DNA from: Isoptericola halotolerans
Lineage (GTDB): Bacteria; Actinomycetota; Actinomycetes; Actinomycetales; Cellulomonadaceae
Reading direction: 5' to 3'
Length of the DNA: 64,000 bases
Assembly (NCBI RefSeq): GCF_013149785.1
Contig: NZ_JABEZU010000001.1
Span: 1 to 64,000 of the forward strand
A program made the translations under genes and the position numbers. A model generated the notes under the pieces. The model made no database searches. It was not told the DNA's origin and worked only from the letters and a program-made list of their open reading frames with translations. The first letter of the stretch is position 1, and each line of letters starts with the position of its first letter. This document shows positions 1 through 9,191 of this stretch, piece by piece.

Positions 1-95
1 TCAAGGCGTTCTGGAACATCGCCAACTGGCGCGACGTCGCCGCCCGCCTCGAGCGCGCCCGCACCCAGACCGCCGGACTCATCGTCCCGGCCTGA
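1..95 (+). CDS. sodA: Fe/Mn superoxide dismutase, C-terminal end (runs in from the window edge)
   Basis: Frame from nt 3 reads KAFWNIANWRDVAARLERARTQTAGLIVPA*, the typical actinobacterial SodA C-terminus. Confidence 0.85.
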   Translation, partial: KAFWNIANWRDVAARLERARTQTAGLIVPA

Positions 96-119
96 GGCCT
101 CTCGTGCGGCCGGGCGGGC

Positions 120-1127
120 TCACGCCTGCCCGGCCGCCGAGCGCCGGGCGATGATCGAGCACACCACGAGCTGGAGCTGGTGGTAGATCACGATCGGCAC
201 CGCGACGAGGCCGATGGTCGCTGCGGGGAGCAGCGCGGCGACGATCGGCAGCCCGGTGGCCAGCGACTTCATGGAGCCGCACAGCAGCAGCGTGATCCTG
301 CGCTCGCGGTCCAGGCCGAGGGCGCGACCGCCCCACCAGGTCACCGCCAGCACGGCTGCCAGCAGCACGGCGCAGGCCCCGACCAGGGCCACCACCGACC
401 ACACCCCGAGTCCGCTCCACACCCCCTGGGCCGTGGCACCGCTCACCGCGGTGAGCACGATGAGCAGGATGGTCCCGCGGTCCACGAGCTGGGTGAGCCA
501 CCGCGTGCGCCGCACCCGCTCGCCCACCCACGGCTGGAGCAGCTGCCCGACGGCGAACGGCAGCAGCAGCCGCAGCAGCACCGTCTGCACGCCGCCCACG
601 CCCGCGCCGTCGAGCCCGATGCCCGCCGATCCGGACATCAGCCCCAGCACCAGCAGCGGCGTGAGCACCAGCCCGACGACGTTCGAGACCGTCGCCCCGC
701 TGATCGCACCGGCGACGTCACCGCGCGCCACCGAGGTGAACGCGATGGACGAGTTCACGGTCGACGGCAGCAGCGACAGGCACAGCAGCCCGGCGGCGAT
801 CCCCGGGCCGACCAGCGGGGTGGCGAGGAACGCCACCACCACGCCGAGCAGGGGGTAGACGACGAAGGTCGCGGCGAGCAGCCCGCCCTGGAGGCGCCAG
901 TCCCGCAACGACCGGCCGACCTCACGGGTGGGCAGGCGTGCGCCGTAGAGCAGGAACAGCAGGCTGACGGCGAGGCTGGAGGCGGTGCCGAGCACGGCCT
1001 GCACCCCGTCCGGTATCGGGACGAGCACGCCGACGAGCAGCATCGCGAGGATGGCGAGGACGAACGGGTCGACCCATCCGCGCAGGCGGCGGGGCAGCCA
1101 CGAGCGGCTGCCGGGGCGGCGGGTCAC
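120..1127 (-). CDS. Bile acid:sodium symporter family (SBF-like) transporter
   Basis: Polytopic membrane protein with FLLYGARL, LPSTVNSSIAFTSVARGD and CGSMKSLATGLP motifs; last gene of the amidase operon. Confidence 0.85.
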   Translation of the reverse strand: MTRRPGSRSWLPRRLRGWVDPFVLAILAMLLVGVLVPIPDGVQAVLGTASSLAVSLLFLLYGARLPTREVGRSLRDWRLQGGLLAATFVVYPLLGVVVAFLATPLVGPGIAAGLLCLSLLPSTVNSSIAFTSVARGDVAGAISGATVSNVVGLVLTPLLVLGLMSGSAGIGLDGAGVGGVQTVLLRLLLPFAVGQLLQPWVGERVRRTRWLTQLVDRGTILLIVLTAVSGATAQGVWSGLGVWSVVALVGACAVLLAAVLAVTWWGGRALGLDRERRITLLLCGSMKSLATGLPIVAALLPAATIGLVAVPIVIYHQLQLVVCSIIARRSAAGQA

Positions 1128-2719
1128 GAGGGCAGGTCCATCGACAGCGCCCTCGCGGCACGCACCAGGTCCAGGTCGCTGCCGGCCGCACCGATGAGCG
1201 ACACGCCCACCGACCGTCGTCGGCGGCCGTCGCCCAGCGCCAGGGCGGGCACGGACAGGGCGGGCAGACCGCCGGCCCCGGCGAGCGTCGTGAGGCGCAG
1301 GGTGGCGCTCCGGGCGGCGTCGAGCGCGCCCGGGTCGGCGGTGCGGTCCGGGGGAGGGCCGGCGGTGGTCGGCAGGACCAGCAGGTCGCCGTCGAGCAGG
1401 TCCCGCAGCCGGCGCCGGGCGTCCTCGACGACCCCGCGTGCGGCGCGCTCCTCGTCGGCGGTGACGGCGGCGGCGGCGCGGAACCGGGCGGCCACGTCCG
1501 GGCCGAGGGTGTCGCCGTGCTCGCCGACGAATGTCCCGTGCGCCCGCCAGGCCTCGGCCGCCTGGACCACCCGGAACGCCTCCTGCAGCACCGCGAGGTC
1601 ACCGACGTCGACGGCGGCGGTCGCCCACCCGGGACGCGCCGCGGCCGCCCCGGTCCAGCGCTCGAAGGCCTCGCGCACCGGGGTGTCGAGCCCGGCGACG
1701 ACGGCGGAGGGGACCAGGAGCCGGGGTGCTCGGTCGCGGGGCCGGCCGTGCTGTCCGGTGAGCGCCGCCGTCGTCCAGGCGACGACGCGCTCGAGCGTGG
1801 TGCCGTCACGGGTCAGCCAGCCGACGGTGTCGAAGGTCGGCGCCAGCGGGAGGACCCCGTCGCGAGGAACGAGCCCGTGGGTGGTGCGCAGCCCCCACAG
1901 CCCCTGGTAGGACGCAGGGACCCGGACCGAGCCGGCCGTGTCCGTGGCCAGTCCGACGTCGGCCTGGCCGAGAGCGACCGCCGCCCCCACGCCGGACGAG
2001 GAGCCTCCCGGTATCGCCAGCGGGTCGTGGACGTTGGGCGGCGTGCCGTGGTGCGGGTTGACGCCGCTGATCGAGTAGGCCAGCTCGTCCGACGTGGCGA
2101 TCCCCTGCACGACGGCGCCTCCTGCCCGCAGGCGGGCCACGGCCCAGGCGTCCTCCGTCTCGACAGGGACGGAAGCGAGCCGTGCCGGGTTGCCGGCGCC
2201 GACGCGGTGGCCCGCGACGGCGAAGACGTCCTTGACCGCGACGCGGAGCCCGGCCAGGGGGCCGGAGCCGGCCGACCCGCCGTCGTCGGAGGGCCCGACC
2301 AGGGGGTCGCCGACGACGCGCCACACGCTGCGGTCGACGGCTCGTGGGCGAGGGCTGACGTGGGCGACGGCGATCCGCCACCGCGCCCCGGCGGACGGCC
2401 GGGCCCAGAGCTGGGTCTGCAGGCCACGACCACCGTCGCGGAACGCGGAGACGGCGGTGACGAGCCAGGCGTCGTCGGTGACGCGCCGGTGCTCGACGTG
2501 CTCCAGGACCCTGGCGGGCGCTCCTCCCCGGCCGCGCCGGAACCGGGCGATCTCGTCGCTGCCGACGAGGAGCCCGGCGTCGTCCCCGCGCAGGGTGCCG
2601 GCGTCGTCGAGGAAGAAGTCGGCGAGCGCCCCGAGGTCGTCCGCAGCCAGCGCGGCCTCGTACGCCTCGACGGCCGCGGTGAGGTCGGCGGGCGGCGCGG
2701 CTGGTCCGGGCAGGGTCAT
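1124..2719 (-). CDS. AtzH-like (DUF3225) domain fused to an amidase-signature amidase
   Basis: Start taken at MTLPGPAAP (2719), overlapping the upstream stop. N-terminal AtzH/HpxZ-like domain (YEAALAADD, GLQTQLW, WRIAVAHVS). Amidase motifs VAVKD, PGGSSSG, DTAGSVRVPAS. Confidence 0.85.
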   Translation of the reverse strand: MTLPGPAAPPADLTAAVEAYEAALAADDLGALADFFLDDAGTLRGDDAGLLVGSDEIARFRRGRGGAPARVLEHVEHRRVTDDAWLVTAVSAFRDGGRGLQTQLWARPSAGARWRIAVAHVSPRPRAVDRSVWRVVGDPLVGPSDDGGSAGSGPLAGLRVAVKDVFAVAGHRVGAGNPARLASVPVETEDAWAVARLRAGGAVVQGIATSDELAYSISGVNPHHGTPPNVHDPLAIPGGSSSGVGAAVALGQADVGLATDTAGSVRVPASYQGLWGLRTTHGLVPRDGVLPLAPTFDTVGWLTRDGTTLERVVAWTTAALTGQHGRPRDRAPRLLVPSAVVAGLDTPVREAFERWTGAAAARPGWATAAVDVGDLAVLQEAFRVVQAAEAWRAHGTFVGEHGDTLGPDVAARFRAAAAVTADEERAARGVVEDARRRLRDLLDGDLLVLPTTAGPPPDRTADPGALDAARSATLRLTTLAGAGGLPALSVPALALGDGRRRRSVGVSLIGAAGSDLDLVRAARALSMDLPS

Positions 2720-3843
2720 GCGGTGGGCTCCTCGAAGTCGGCGAGACGGATCCGGGCATGGACTCCCTTGACCTGGTCCACGACCTGGGATATGTCGAAG
2801 TCCGTCGCGGCCGAGAGGTAGGCGTACGCGAGATGCTCGTCCATGCCCCATCGTGCCTGCAGCAGGTTCAGCGCGGCGCGGACGCAGTGCTGCACCGCGA
2901 CGTCGAGGTCGGGGTCCATCCCCGTCGGGACGAGGTGCTCGGCGGTGCGGACCACGGGCCCGGAGATCTCGCCGAGCAGGGCGAGCGCCTCGTCGTGGGG
3001 CACGAGGTCGAGCCGCACCGTGGACCGCAGCGAGGCCTCCATCGCGGTGAGGGCCACCTCCCCGTTCCCCTGGGCGAAGTGCGGGTCGCCGGCGTAGAAG
3101 AGTGCTCCCGGCACGGCCACCGGCAGGTAGACGGTGCTTCCGGCCGTCGTCAGGGTGATGTCGATGTTGCCCCCGTGCCGGCCCGGCGGCACCGAGTGCG
3201 GGCGCTGCCCGCCGGGGGTCGCGACGCCCAGCACGCCGAGGAACTCGGCGAGGGGGAACCGGGTGCGACGCCGGTCGGCCGGGTCCGTGGTGAGCGGCAG
3301 GACGCCCCGGGCGTGCTCGCCGTCGTCCTCCACGGGGGCGAAGACGCTGACGGCCTCTCCCTCGCGCGGGAGCTCGGCGGGCAGGGCGCCGCGGCCGTGC
3401 CGGTTGGAGATCACGCCGTAGGGGACCCGGCGCCGGTGCTCCAGGAGCCGGACGGCGAGGACGTCGCCGGGCTGTGCGCCGACGACCTCGATCGGTCCGG
3501 TCACGACGTGCGGGCCGTCGTCGTCCCCCCGAGGGGTGGCGGCGGCGATCTCCACGACGTCGGTCAGGACGTCCTGGGGGGCGACACCGTGCCGGCCGAA
3601 CCAGCGCACCGGGTCGCTGCCCTGGTCGGGGAGCATGCCCTCGTGGCTGACGGTGTCGATGGTGACGGTGGTCCCGGGGCGGACGGACAGGACCGGTGCG
3701 TCGGTCCCCGCGGGCAGCCGGCCCCACCGGACCGTACCCGGGGTCGAGGGCAGGTACTCCTCGCCGGGGACCGGGCCGGTCCCCGGTTGGAGGACGCGCG
3801 GCTGGAGGACGCGCGGTGCCCGGACTCCTGGCGGGGTCGTCAT
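2716..3843 (-). CDS. Acetamidase/formamidase family protein
   Basis: Start MTTPPG (3843). Motifs TIDTVSHEG, GPHVVTGPI, HGGNID, GDPHFAQGNGEV, DFDISQVVD. Confidence 0.9.
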   Translation of the reverse strand: MTTPPGVRAPRVLQPRVLQPGTGPVPGEEYLPSTPGTVRWGRLPAGTDAPVLSVRPGTTVTIDTVSHEGMLPDQGSDPVRWFGRHGVAPQDVLTDVVEIAAATPRGDDDGPHVVTGPIEVVGAQPGDVLAVRLLEHRRRVPYGVISNRHGRGALPAELPREGEAVSVFAPVEDDGEHARGVLPLTTDPADRRRTRFPLAEFLGVLGVATPGGQRPHSVPPGRHGGNIDITLTTAGSTVYLPVAVPGALFYAGDPHFAQGNGEVALTAMEASLRSTVRLDLVPHDEALALLGEISGPVVRTAEHLVPTGMDPDLDVAVQHCVRAALNLLQARWGMDEHLAYAYLSAATDFDISQVVDQVKGVHARIRLADFEEPTA

Positions 3844-4628
3844 GCTGCGTCCTCCTGCTCGGGCAGCGGGCTGTGGACGTGGTCGCCGATCTGCTGCGCG
3901 AGGCCCTGGAAGTCCGGCGCGGCGGTGTCCCGCCGGTCGCCGAGGTCCACCGGGACGACGGCGCTGACCTGTCCGGGCACGCCGTGCGACGCGCCGCCCG
4001 CCATGACCACCACCCGGTCGGCCAGGTAGACCGCCTCCTCGATCGAGTGGGTGACCAGCACGAGGGTCGTCCCGACCCGTCGGCGGATAGCCACGAGCTC
4101 GTCCTGCATCTGACGACGGGTCAGGGCGTCGAGGGCACCCAGGGGCTCGTCCATGAGCAGCACCGACGGGTGCAGGGCAAGGACCCGGGCGATGCCGACC
4201 CGCTGCTGCATCCCGCCGGACAGGGTGTGCGGGTAGGCGTCGACGAACCGGCCGAGGCCCACCAGCTCGGCGTGCTCGGTGGCCTGCCGCAGCGCCTCCC
4301 GGCGGTGGACCCCGCGCTCCCGCAGCCCGTAGGCGATGTTCTCGCGCACCGAGAGCCAGGGGAACAGCCCGTAGTCCTGGAACACCACGCCCCGGTCGGG
4401 GCCGGGTCCGGTCACGGGGCGGCCGTCCAGCAGGACCCGCCCCTCGGTCGGCGTCTCGAAACCGGCGACGAGACGCAGCAGGGTCGACTTCCCGCACCCG
4501 CTGGCCCCGACGACGGCGATCGCCTCGCCGGGCGAGACCTCCAGCGTGACGTCCCGCATGGCGAACGTGTCGCCTCCGTAGTGCTTGCCGAGGCCGTCGA
4601 TCGCGAGGTGTCCCGTTCCGGTGGTCAT
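3840..4628 (-). CDS. ABC transporter ATP-binding protein (TauB/SsuB/NitT type)
   Basis: [41 protein letters not shown]; start MTTGTG (4628). Confidence 0.92.
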   Translation of the reverse strand: MTTGTGHLAIDGLGKHYGGDTFAMRDVTLEVSPGEAIAVVGASGCGKSTLLRLVAGFETPTEGRVLLDGRPVTGPGPDRGVVFQDYGLFPWLSVRENIAYGLRERGVHRREALRQATEHAELVGLGRFVDAYPHTLSGGMQQRVGIARVLALHPSVLLMDEPLGALDALTRRQMQDELVAIRRRVGTTLVLVTHSIEEAVYLADRVVVMAGGASHGVPGQVSAVVPVDLGDRRDTAAPDFQGLAQQIGDHVHSPLPEQEDAA

Positions 4629-5557
4629 CCGTCCTCCTTGAGCAGCGGTCGCCCGTGGGCGATGACACGGACCAGCAGGACGAGCAGCCGGTCGGTGGCG
4701 AAGCCGAGCAGCCCGATCACGACCATGCCGGCCACGATGAGATCGGTCTGGGCGATGACCTTGGCCTCGGTGATCATGGCGCCGAGGCCCAGGTTGATCC
4801 CCGTCATCTCCCCGACGACGAGCAGCGCCCAGGCCAGGCCGAGCGAGACCCGCAGCCCGGAGACGATGCCGGGCACGGCGGCCGGCACCACCACGGTCCA
4901 CAACCGCCGCCAGCGCGAGGTGCCGAGCATGGCGGCGGCCTCGAGCAGCCGCGGCGGCACCTGCTGCACCGCCACGACCGTGTTGACCAGCACCGGGAAG
5001 AACGCGGCGAGGAAGACCAGGAAGATCGCCTGGCTGTCGCCGATGCCGATCATGATCAGGGCCAGGGGGGCCCAGGCGGTCACCGGGATGGGCCGGACCA
5101 GGTTGAGGGTCGGTTCGAGGAGCCGCCTCAGGTGGGCCGACCGACCCATGAGGACGCCGAGCGGGATGGCGAGGGCGGCGGCCAGCACGAAGCCGGAGAC
5201 GGCGCGCACCAGGCTCGCCCAGACGTGGCGCCAGAGCTGCGCGCTGAAGGAGTCGTCGACCAGGCCGCCCACCGTGAGGTCGACCAGCCGGACGAGCACG
5301 GCTCCCGGCGTCGGCAGGGCGGCCATGCGGATCCCGCCGGGGACGTCCCAGCCCTGCGCGACGCCGGTGTGCCACAGCAGCAGGACGAGGACCGGGACGG
5401 GTAGTGCCCACAGCACCGCGCTCGCCCGGCGCCCGGCGGGACCCTGACGGCGTCGGGCCTGACCGCCTGTGCGGGGCGCGGTCGGCGAGGAAGCGGGCGG
5501 TGACGTGGTGGCGGACGGCGCGGCCTCCGTGGGCCGGGCCGAGGCGACGCCGGTCAC
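4625..5557 (-). CDS. ABC transporter permease (TauC/SsuC type)
   Basis: RPIPVTAWAPL, EAAAMLG (EAA loop), LAWALLVVGEM; GTG start overlaps the binding-protein stop. Confidence 0.88.
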   Translation of the reverse strand: MTGVASARPTEAAPSATTSPPASSPTAPRTGGQARRRQGPAGRRASAVLWALPVPVLVLLLWHTGVAQGWDVPGGIRMAALPTPGAVLVRLVDLTVGGLVDDSFSAQLWRHVWASLVRAVSGFVLAAALAIPLGVLMGRSAHLRRLLEPTLNLVRPIPVTAWAPLALIMIGIGDSQAIFLVFLAAFFPVLVNTVVAVQQVPPRLLEAAAMLGTSRWRRLWTVVVPAAVPGIVSGLRVSLGLAWALLVVGEMTGINLGLGAMITEAKVIAQTDLIVAGMVVIGLLGFATDRLLVLLVRVIAHGRPLLKEDG

Positions 5558-6507
5558 GGCGTCTCGGGGGCGAAGCCGTCGGCCACGACGTCGTCGACGT
5601 CCGGTGCCGCGTCGATGACGGCGAGCTTCTGCATCTCGCCGGCCAGGGCGTCCACCTGGTCGAGGTAGGTGGGGGAGAGGTCGGACCGCAGCCAGATGTT
5701 GTCCGCCGCCAGACCGAGCACCTCGGGGTCGAAGGAGAACCGGTCGGCCACGCCGGACATCCAGGTGGCGGGGTCCTCGGCCAGCGCCTCGGTGGCCGCG
5801 GCGTGGATGTCGACGACCTGCTGGACCAGCTCGGGGTCCTGCTCGGCACGGGTGGCGGTGGTGGCGAGCCCGATGTTGACCGGGCCGATCGCCGTCTCGT
5901 AGATGGAGGCGACCTCGTGCGCGCCCTCGAGCTGCGCCAGGGAGACGTTGACCTCCGCACCGGCGAACGCGTCGATGTCCCCGCGCCCGAGCGCGTCCGC
6001 CATGTCGGCGTAGCCCAGGCTCACCAGCTCGGTGTCCACGTCCGGGTCGAGACCGGCGGCCTCGAGGGTCAGCCGCAGCGCCATCTCCTGCGACGAACCG
6101 GGCACGATCCCGATCCGCGCGCCGGAGAGGTCCTCGACGGAGGTGACGGACGTCGACCCGACGAGGCCCGAGCCGCCGTCGGCCCCGGAGGCCACGAGCT
6201 GCACGTCCTTGCCCTGCGCCACGCCCGAGATGACCGTCGGCACCCCGAGGAGCGCGAAGTCCACGTCGCCGGTGAGCAGGGCGTTGAGCTCGTCGGTCGA
6301 GTTCGCCATGGGGACGACCTCGATGGTGACGCCGTCGGGGGCGTGGTCGGCGTAGACGTACGGCGCGTACAGGTGCGGCTGCCGTTGGGTGGCGATGCGG
6401 ACGACCTCGCCGTCCTCGCCCGACGCGGAGGCCTCGCCGGTGCAGGCGGCCAGGGTCGCGGTCAGGGCGACGAGAGCGACGGGCAGCAGGGTCCGGGAGG
6501 GGGTCAC
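5554..6507 (-). CDS. ABC transporter substrate-binding lipoprotein (SsuA/TauA/NMT1-like)
   Basis: Lipobox LAAC; SVEDLSGARIG and ALGRGDIDA motifs; first gene of the operon. Confidence 0.88.
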   Translation of the reverse strand: MTPSRTLLPVALVALTATLAACTGEASASGEDGEVVRIATQRQPHLYAPYVYADHAPDGVTIEVVPMANSTDELNALLTGDVDFALLGVPTVISGVAQGKDVQLVASGADGGSGLVGSTSVTSVEDLSGARIGIVPGSSQEMALRLTLEAAGLDPDVDTELVSLGYADMADALGRGDIDAFAGAEVNVSLAQLEGAHEVASIYETAIGPVNIGLATTATRAEQDPELVQQVVDIHAAATEALAEDPATWMSGVADRFSFDPEVLGLAADNIWLRSDLSPTYLDQVDALAGEMQKLAVIDAAPDVDDVVADGFAPETP

Positions 6508-6542
6508 GGAGCGATCCTTCCGATGGATGCGGAGGGCGAACC

Positions 6543-6559
6543 AAATGGTCCGACCAAGT
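6543..6559. promoter_or_regulatory. FadR-subfamily GntR operator
   Basis: AAATGGTCCGACCAAGT contains the TGGTC-N-GACCA palindrome typical of FadR/PdhR-type sites; lies between the operon and the divergent regulator. Confidence 0.65.
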
Positions 6560-6724
6560 GACCGTCACGCTATGACGGGCTCCACGGCGAAAGATAGCCG
6601 TTCAATGACCTGGTAACGCGCATTTTACGGCCCTGGAACATGCAGATCCAATTCTTATTGGTCTGATTGGTATACCTTGAGGATGTCTGTCGGCCGAGAC
6701 CCGCCCGCCCCCAGGAGGAGCCGC

Positions 6725-7429
6725 ATGTCCACTGTCGAGAGCTCCGCGACGACCGCGAGCAGGCAACCCATCGCGGTGGCGCTCGCCGCCGAGCTCGAAC
6801 GGATGATCGCCACGGGAGAGCTCGGACCCGGGGCGCGGCTCCCGGCCGAGCGCGAGCTGGCACGTCAGCGCGGCGTCTCCCGCACCACGCTGCGCGAGGC
6901 GATGAACGCGCTCGAGGAGAAAGGGCTCGTCGAGCGGCGTCAGGGCCGGGGGACCCGGGTGGTCGACCGCCCGGACGAGGCGCGTCAGATCCTGGGGCTC
7001 CACCCGCCGGACGCCACCGAGAGCGTCACCGAGCTGCGCACCCTGGTCGAACCCTCGGTGGCGGCGCTCGCGGCGACGCGCGCCACACGGGCCAACCAGC
7101 TCCAGCTCGCCGACGTGCTGGCGCGCACCACCGCGGACCTCACGGCGCAGCAGTCGCTGGAGCGTGACACCGAGTTCCACCTGCTGCTCGCGCACGCCAC
7201 CCTCAACCCGCTGGTGACCGCCCTGCACGGCCTGATGACGGAGTGGACGCTGCCTCAGCGCCGTCTGTCGCACGCCTCTCCCGCGGGGCGGGCGCTGTCG
7301 CTGCGCGGTCATCAGGAGATCCTCGCCGCCGTCGAGGCGCACGACGCCGACGGCGCCCACGACGCGATGCGGCGCCACCTCACCGACGTCGGCGCCTCGT
7401 GGGACGCCGAGGCGCTCGGTGATCCCTGA
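6725..7429 (+). CDS. GntR family (FadR/FCD) transcriptional regulator
   Basis: RLPAERELARQRGVSRTTLREA wHTH plus FCD (DTEFHLLLA, HQEILAAV); ATG 6725 follows an AGGAGGAG RBS. Confidence 0.92.
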   Translation: MSTVESSATTASRQPIAVALAAELERMIATGELGPGARLPAERELARQRGVSRTTLREAMNALEEKGLVERRQGRGTRVVDRPDEARQILGLHPPDATESVTELRTLVEPSVAALAATRATRANQLQLADVLARTTADLTAQQSLERDTEFHLLLAHATLNPLVTALHGLMTEWTLPQRRLSHASPAGRALSLRGHQEILAAVEAHDADGAHDAMRRHLTDVGASWDAEALGDP

Positions 7430-7592
7430 CGGCGTGTGCACGCCGACCGGATGAGCGCTGACGAGGTGCCGGTCCTGGGCCGGGGTGCGATACGGCTCGC
7501 CTGGTCGCCACCAGCGTGTCCCGGTCGCGGTTCGCACCGGTCGTGCCGTGGGCGACGTGCATGCAGTGCGCCCAGGCGTTGACGTGCCCGCG

Positions 7593-7637
7593 TAGCGGAC
7601 ATAGTCTCCGCTAAGAACGATACGGAGACACTCTCCG
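7593..7637. promoter_or_regulatory. Two TetR-type operators (CGGA-N7-TCCG)
   Basis: TAGCGGA-catagtc-TCCGCTA (7593-7613) and CGGAGA-cac-TCTCCG (7623-7637), directly upstream of the TetR gene. Confidence 0.55.
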
Positions 7638-7655
7638 CTAGATCGGCAGAGAGAC

Positions 7656-8273
7656 GTGATGATGCAGAGAACGACGACGGACGGAGCTCGGGCCCCCCGG
7701 GCCGATGCCCAGCGCAACAGGGACCGCATCCTCGGTGCGGCAGAGCAGTACTTCTCCGAGCACGGAGTCACCGGCTCGCTCGACGCGATCGCCAAGCGGG
7801 CCGGGGTCGGGGCGGGCACCCTCTACCGGCACTTCCCGAACCGGGAGTCGTTGCTTGCCGCCCTGCTCGCCGCTCGCGACGACGCGCTGGTGGCTCGGCG
7901 CGACGACCTCCGCAGCGGATCGGTGAACGCGGCCGATGCGCTCGACGGGTGGCTCGACGCGATCACCGCGTGGGCGGGTGCGTTCGACGGGCTGCCCGAG
8001 CCGCTGCGGGCCGCGACGGCGACCAGCTCGTCCCCGCTGGCTATGACCTGCCAGGGGTTCATCACGACCACCGAGGAGTTCCTGCGAGCCGCGCAGGACG
8101 ACGGGGGCGCGCGCCGCGACGTCCGGGCCCGGGACCTCTTCCTGGCCGCTCTGGCCAGGAGCTGGGTGCGCGGTGCGGCTCTGGCCGACGACGCGTCTGC
8201 TGCCGCTCTGGCCGAACTGACCAGGAACGGGTGGGCGACGACGAGCGCCGCACGAGCCGGCGACGGCCGGTAG
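7656..8273 (+). CDS. TetR/AcrR family regulator
   Basis: RADAQRNRDRIL...IAKRAGVGAGTLYRHFP. Confidence 0.92.
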   Translation: MMMQRTTTDGARAPRADAQRNRDRILGAAEQYFSEHGVTGSLDAIAKRAGVGAGTLYRHFPNRESLLAALLAARDDALVARRDDLRSGSVNAADALDGWLDAITAWAGAFDGLPEPLRAATATSSSPLAMTCQGFITTTEEFLRAAQDDGGARRDVRARDLFLAALARSWVRGAALADDASAAALAELTRNGWATTSAARAGDGR

Positions 8274-8333
8274 CGCCGACGACCTCACCCGACCGACACG
8301 ACATCGACCACCACACGAACATCAGGAGAGACC

Positions 8334-9041
8334 ATGAACCGCATCGGCATCATCGGTAGCGGAGCCATCGGCAGCGCGATCGCCCGCCTGGCCGTCGCGG
8401 CCGACCACGAAGTCCTCGTCGCGAACTCACGAGGACCGGAGTCCCTGACCGGCCTGATCGATGAGCTCGGCCCCCTCGCACGGGCCGGTGACCCTCGAGC
8501 GGCTGCGGAGTTCGGCGACATCCCGGTACTGGCCGTGCCTCTGGGCGCCTACCCGGACCTGCCCGCCGATGCCCTGGCCGGGAAGACGATCCTCTCGACG
8601 GGCAACTACTACCCCCACCGTGACGGCCGCATCGAGGCGCTCGACACCCTCGAGTACACGACGGCCGAGTACGAGCAGGCACTCCTGCCCGACTCCGTCG
8701 TCGTCAAGGCCTTCAACAACATCGTCTCCCACCACATACCCCACCTCGCCCATTCCGACCCGCGGACCGCGCTGCTGGTCGCCGGTGACGACAGCGAGGC
8801 GAAGGCACGTGTCTCCCAGATCGTGAACACCCTCGGTTTCGACGCCGTCGACGCCGGGACGCTCGCCGAGTCGTCGCTCTTCGAGCCCGAGTCCGGGGCC
8901 TACACCCCGATCTACGCCGCCGATCTCGACGGCTTCGCGAAGAGCTACCTCGACGACCCGGGTGCACCCGTCCCCGCAGCCCGCCTCCGCGAGCTGCTCG
9001 CGTCGTCGCACCGCCCGGACGTCGCCGCCCGTCGATTCTGA
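8334..9041 (+). CDS. NAD(P)-binding oxidoreductase, F420-dependent NADP reductase-like family
   Basis: GIIGSGAIG Rossmann motif, ANSRGPESL, NYYPHRDG, VVKAFNNI; AGGAGA RBS. Confidence 0.85.
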   Translation: MNRIGIIGSGAIGSAIARLAVAADHEVLVANSRGPESLTGLIDELGPLARAGDPRAAAEFGDIPVLAVPLGAYPDLPADALAGKTILSTGNYYPHRDGRIEALDTLEYTTAEYEQALLPDSVVVKAFNNIVSHHIPHLAHSDPRTALLVAGDDSEAKARVSQIVNTLGFDAVDAGTLAESSLFEPESGAYTPIYAADLDGFAKSYLDDPGAPVPAARLRELLASSHRPDVAARRF

Positions 9042-9116
9042 TCACGATCATGGGGGCCGAGGAGGCCCCCCGCGAGCTCCCGGTCTCCGAGGTCGACGCA
9101 CCCGGCATCCCCTGAC

Positions 9117-9177
9117 CGCGAGCGTCTCTGTCCGTCAGGAATCAGCCGCTGATTCCTGACGGACAGAGACGCTCGCG
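9117..9177. repeat. 61-bp palindrome (30-bp perfect arms, 1-nt centre); REP-like element or bidirectional terminator
   Basis: CGCGAGCGTCTCTGTCCGTCAGGAATCAGC-C-GCTGATTCCTGACGGACAGAGACGCTCGCG between convergent genes. Confidence 0.85.
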
Positions 9178-9191
9178 TGGGTGGGAGTCCG

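Noticed and set aside
3788..3816. 15-bp-period tandem duplication (RVLQP twice) in the acetamidase N-terminus
   Set aside because: A short in-frame duplication in a probably disordered leader, with no sign of function.
1124..6568. Apparent giant fusion ORFs (867, 650, 706 and 647 aa)
   Set aside because: The N-terminal parts are off-frame read-through of the upstream gene. The real starts overlap the preceding stop codons.
9117..9177. CRISPR repeat or IS end
   Set aside because: Single copy in the window, with no spacers, cas genes or transposase.
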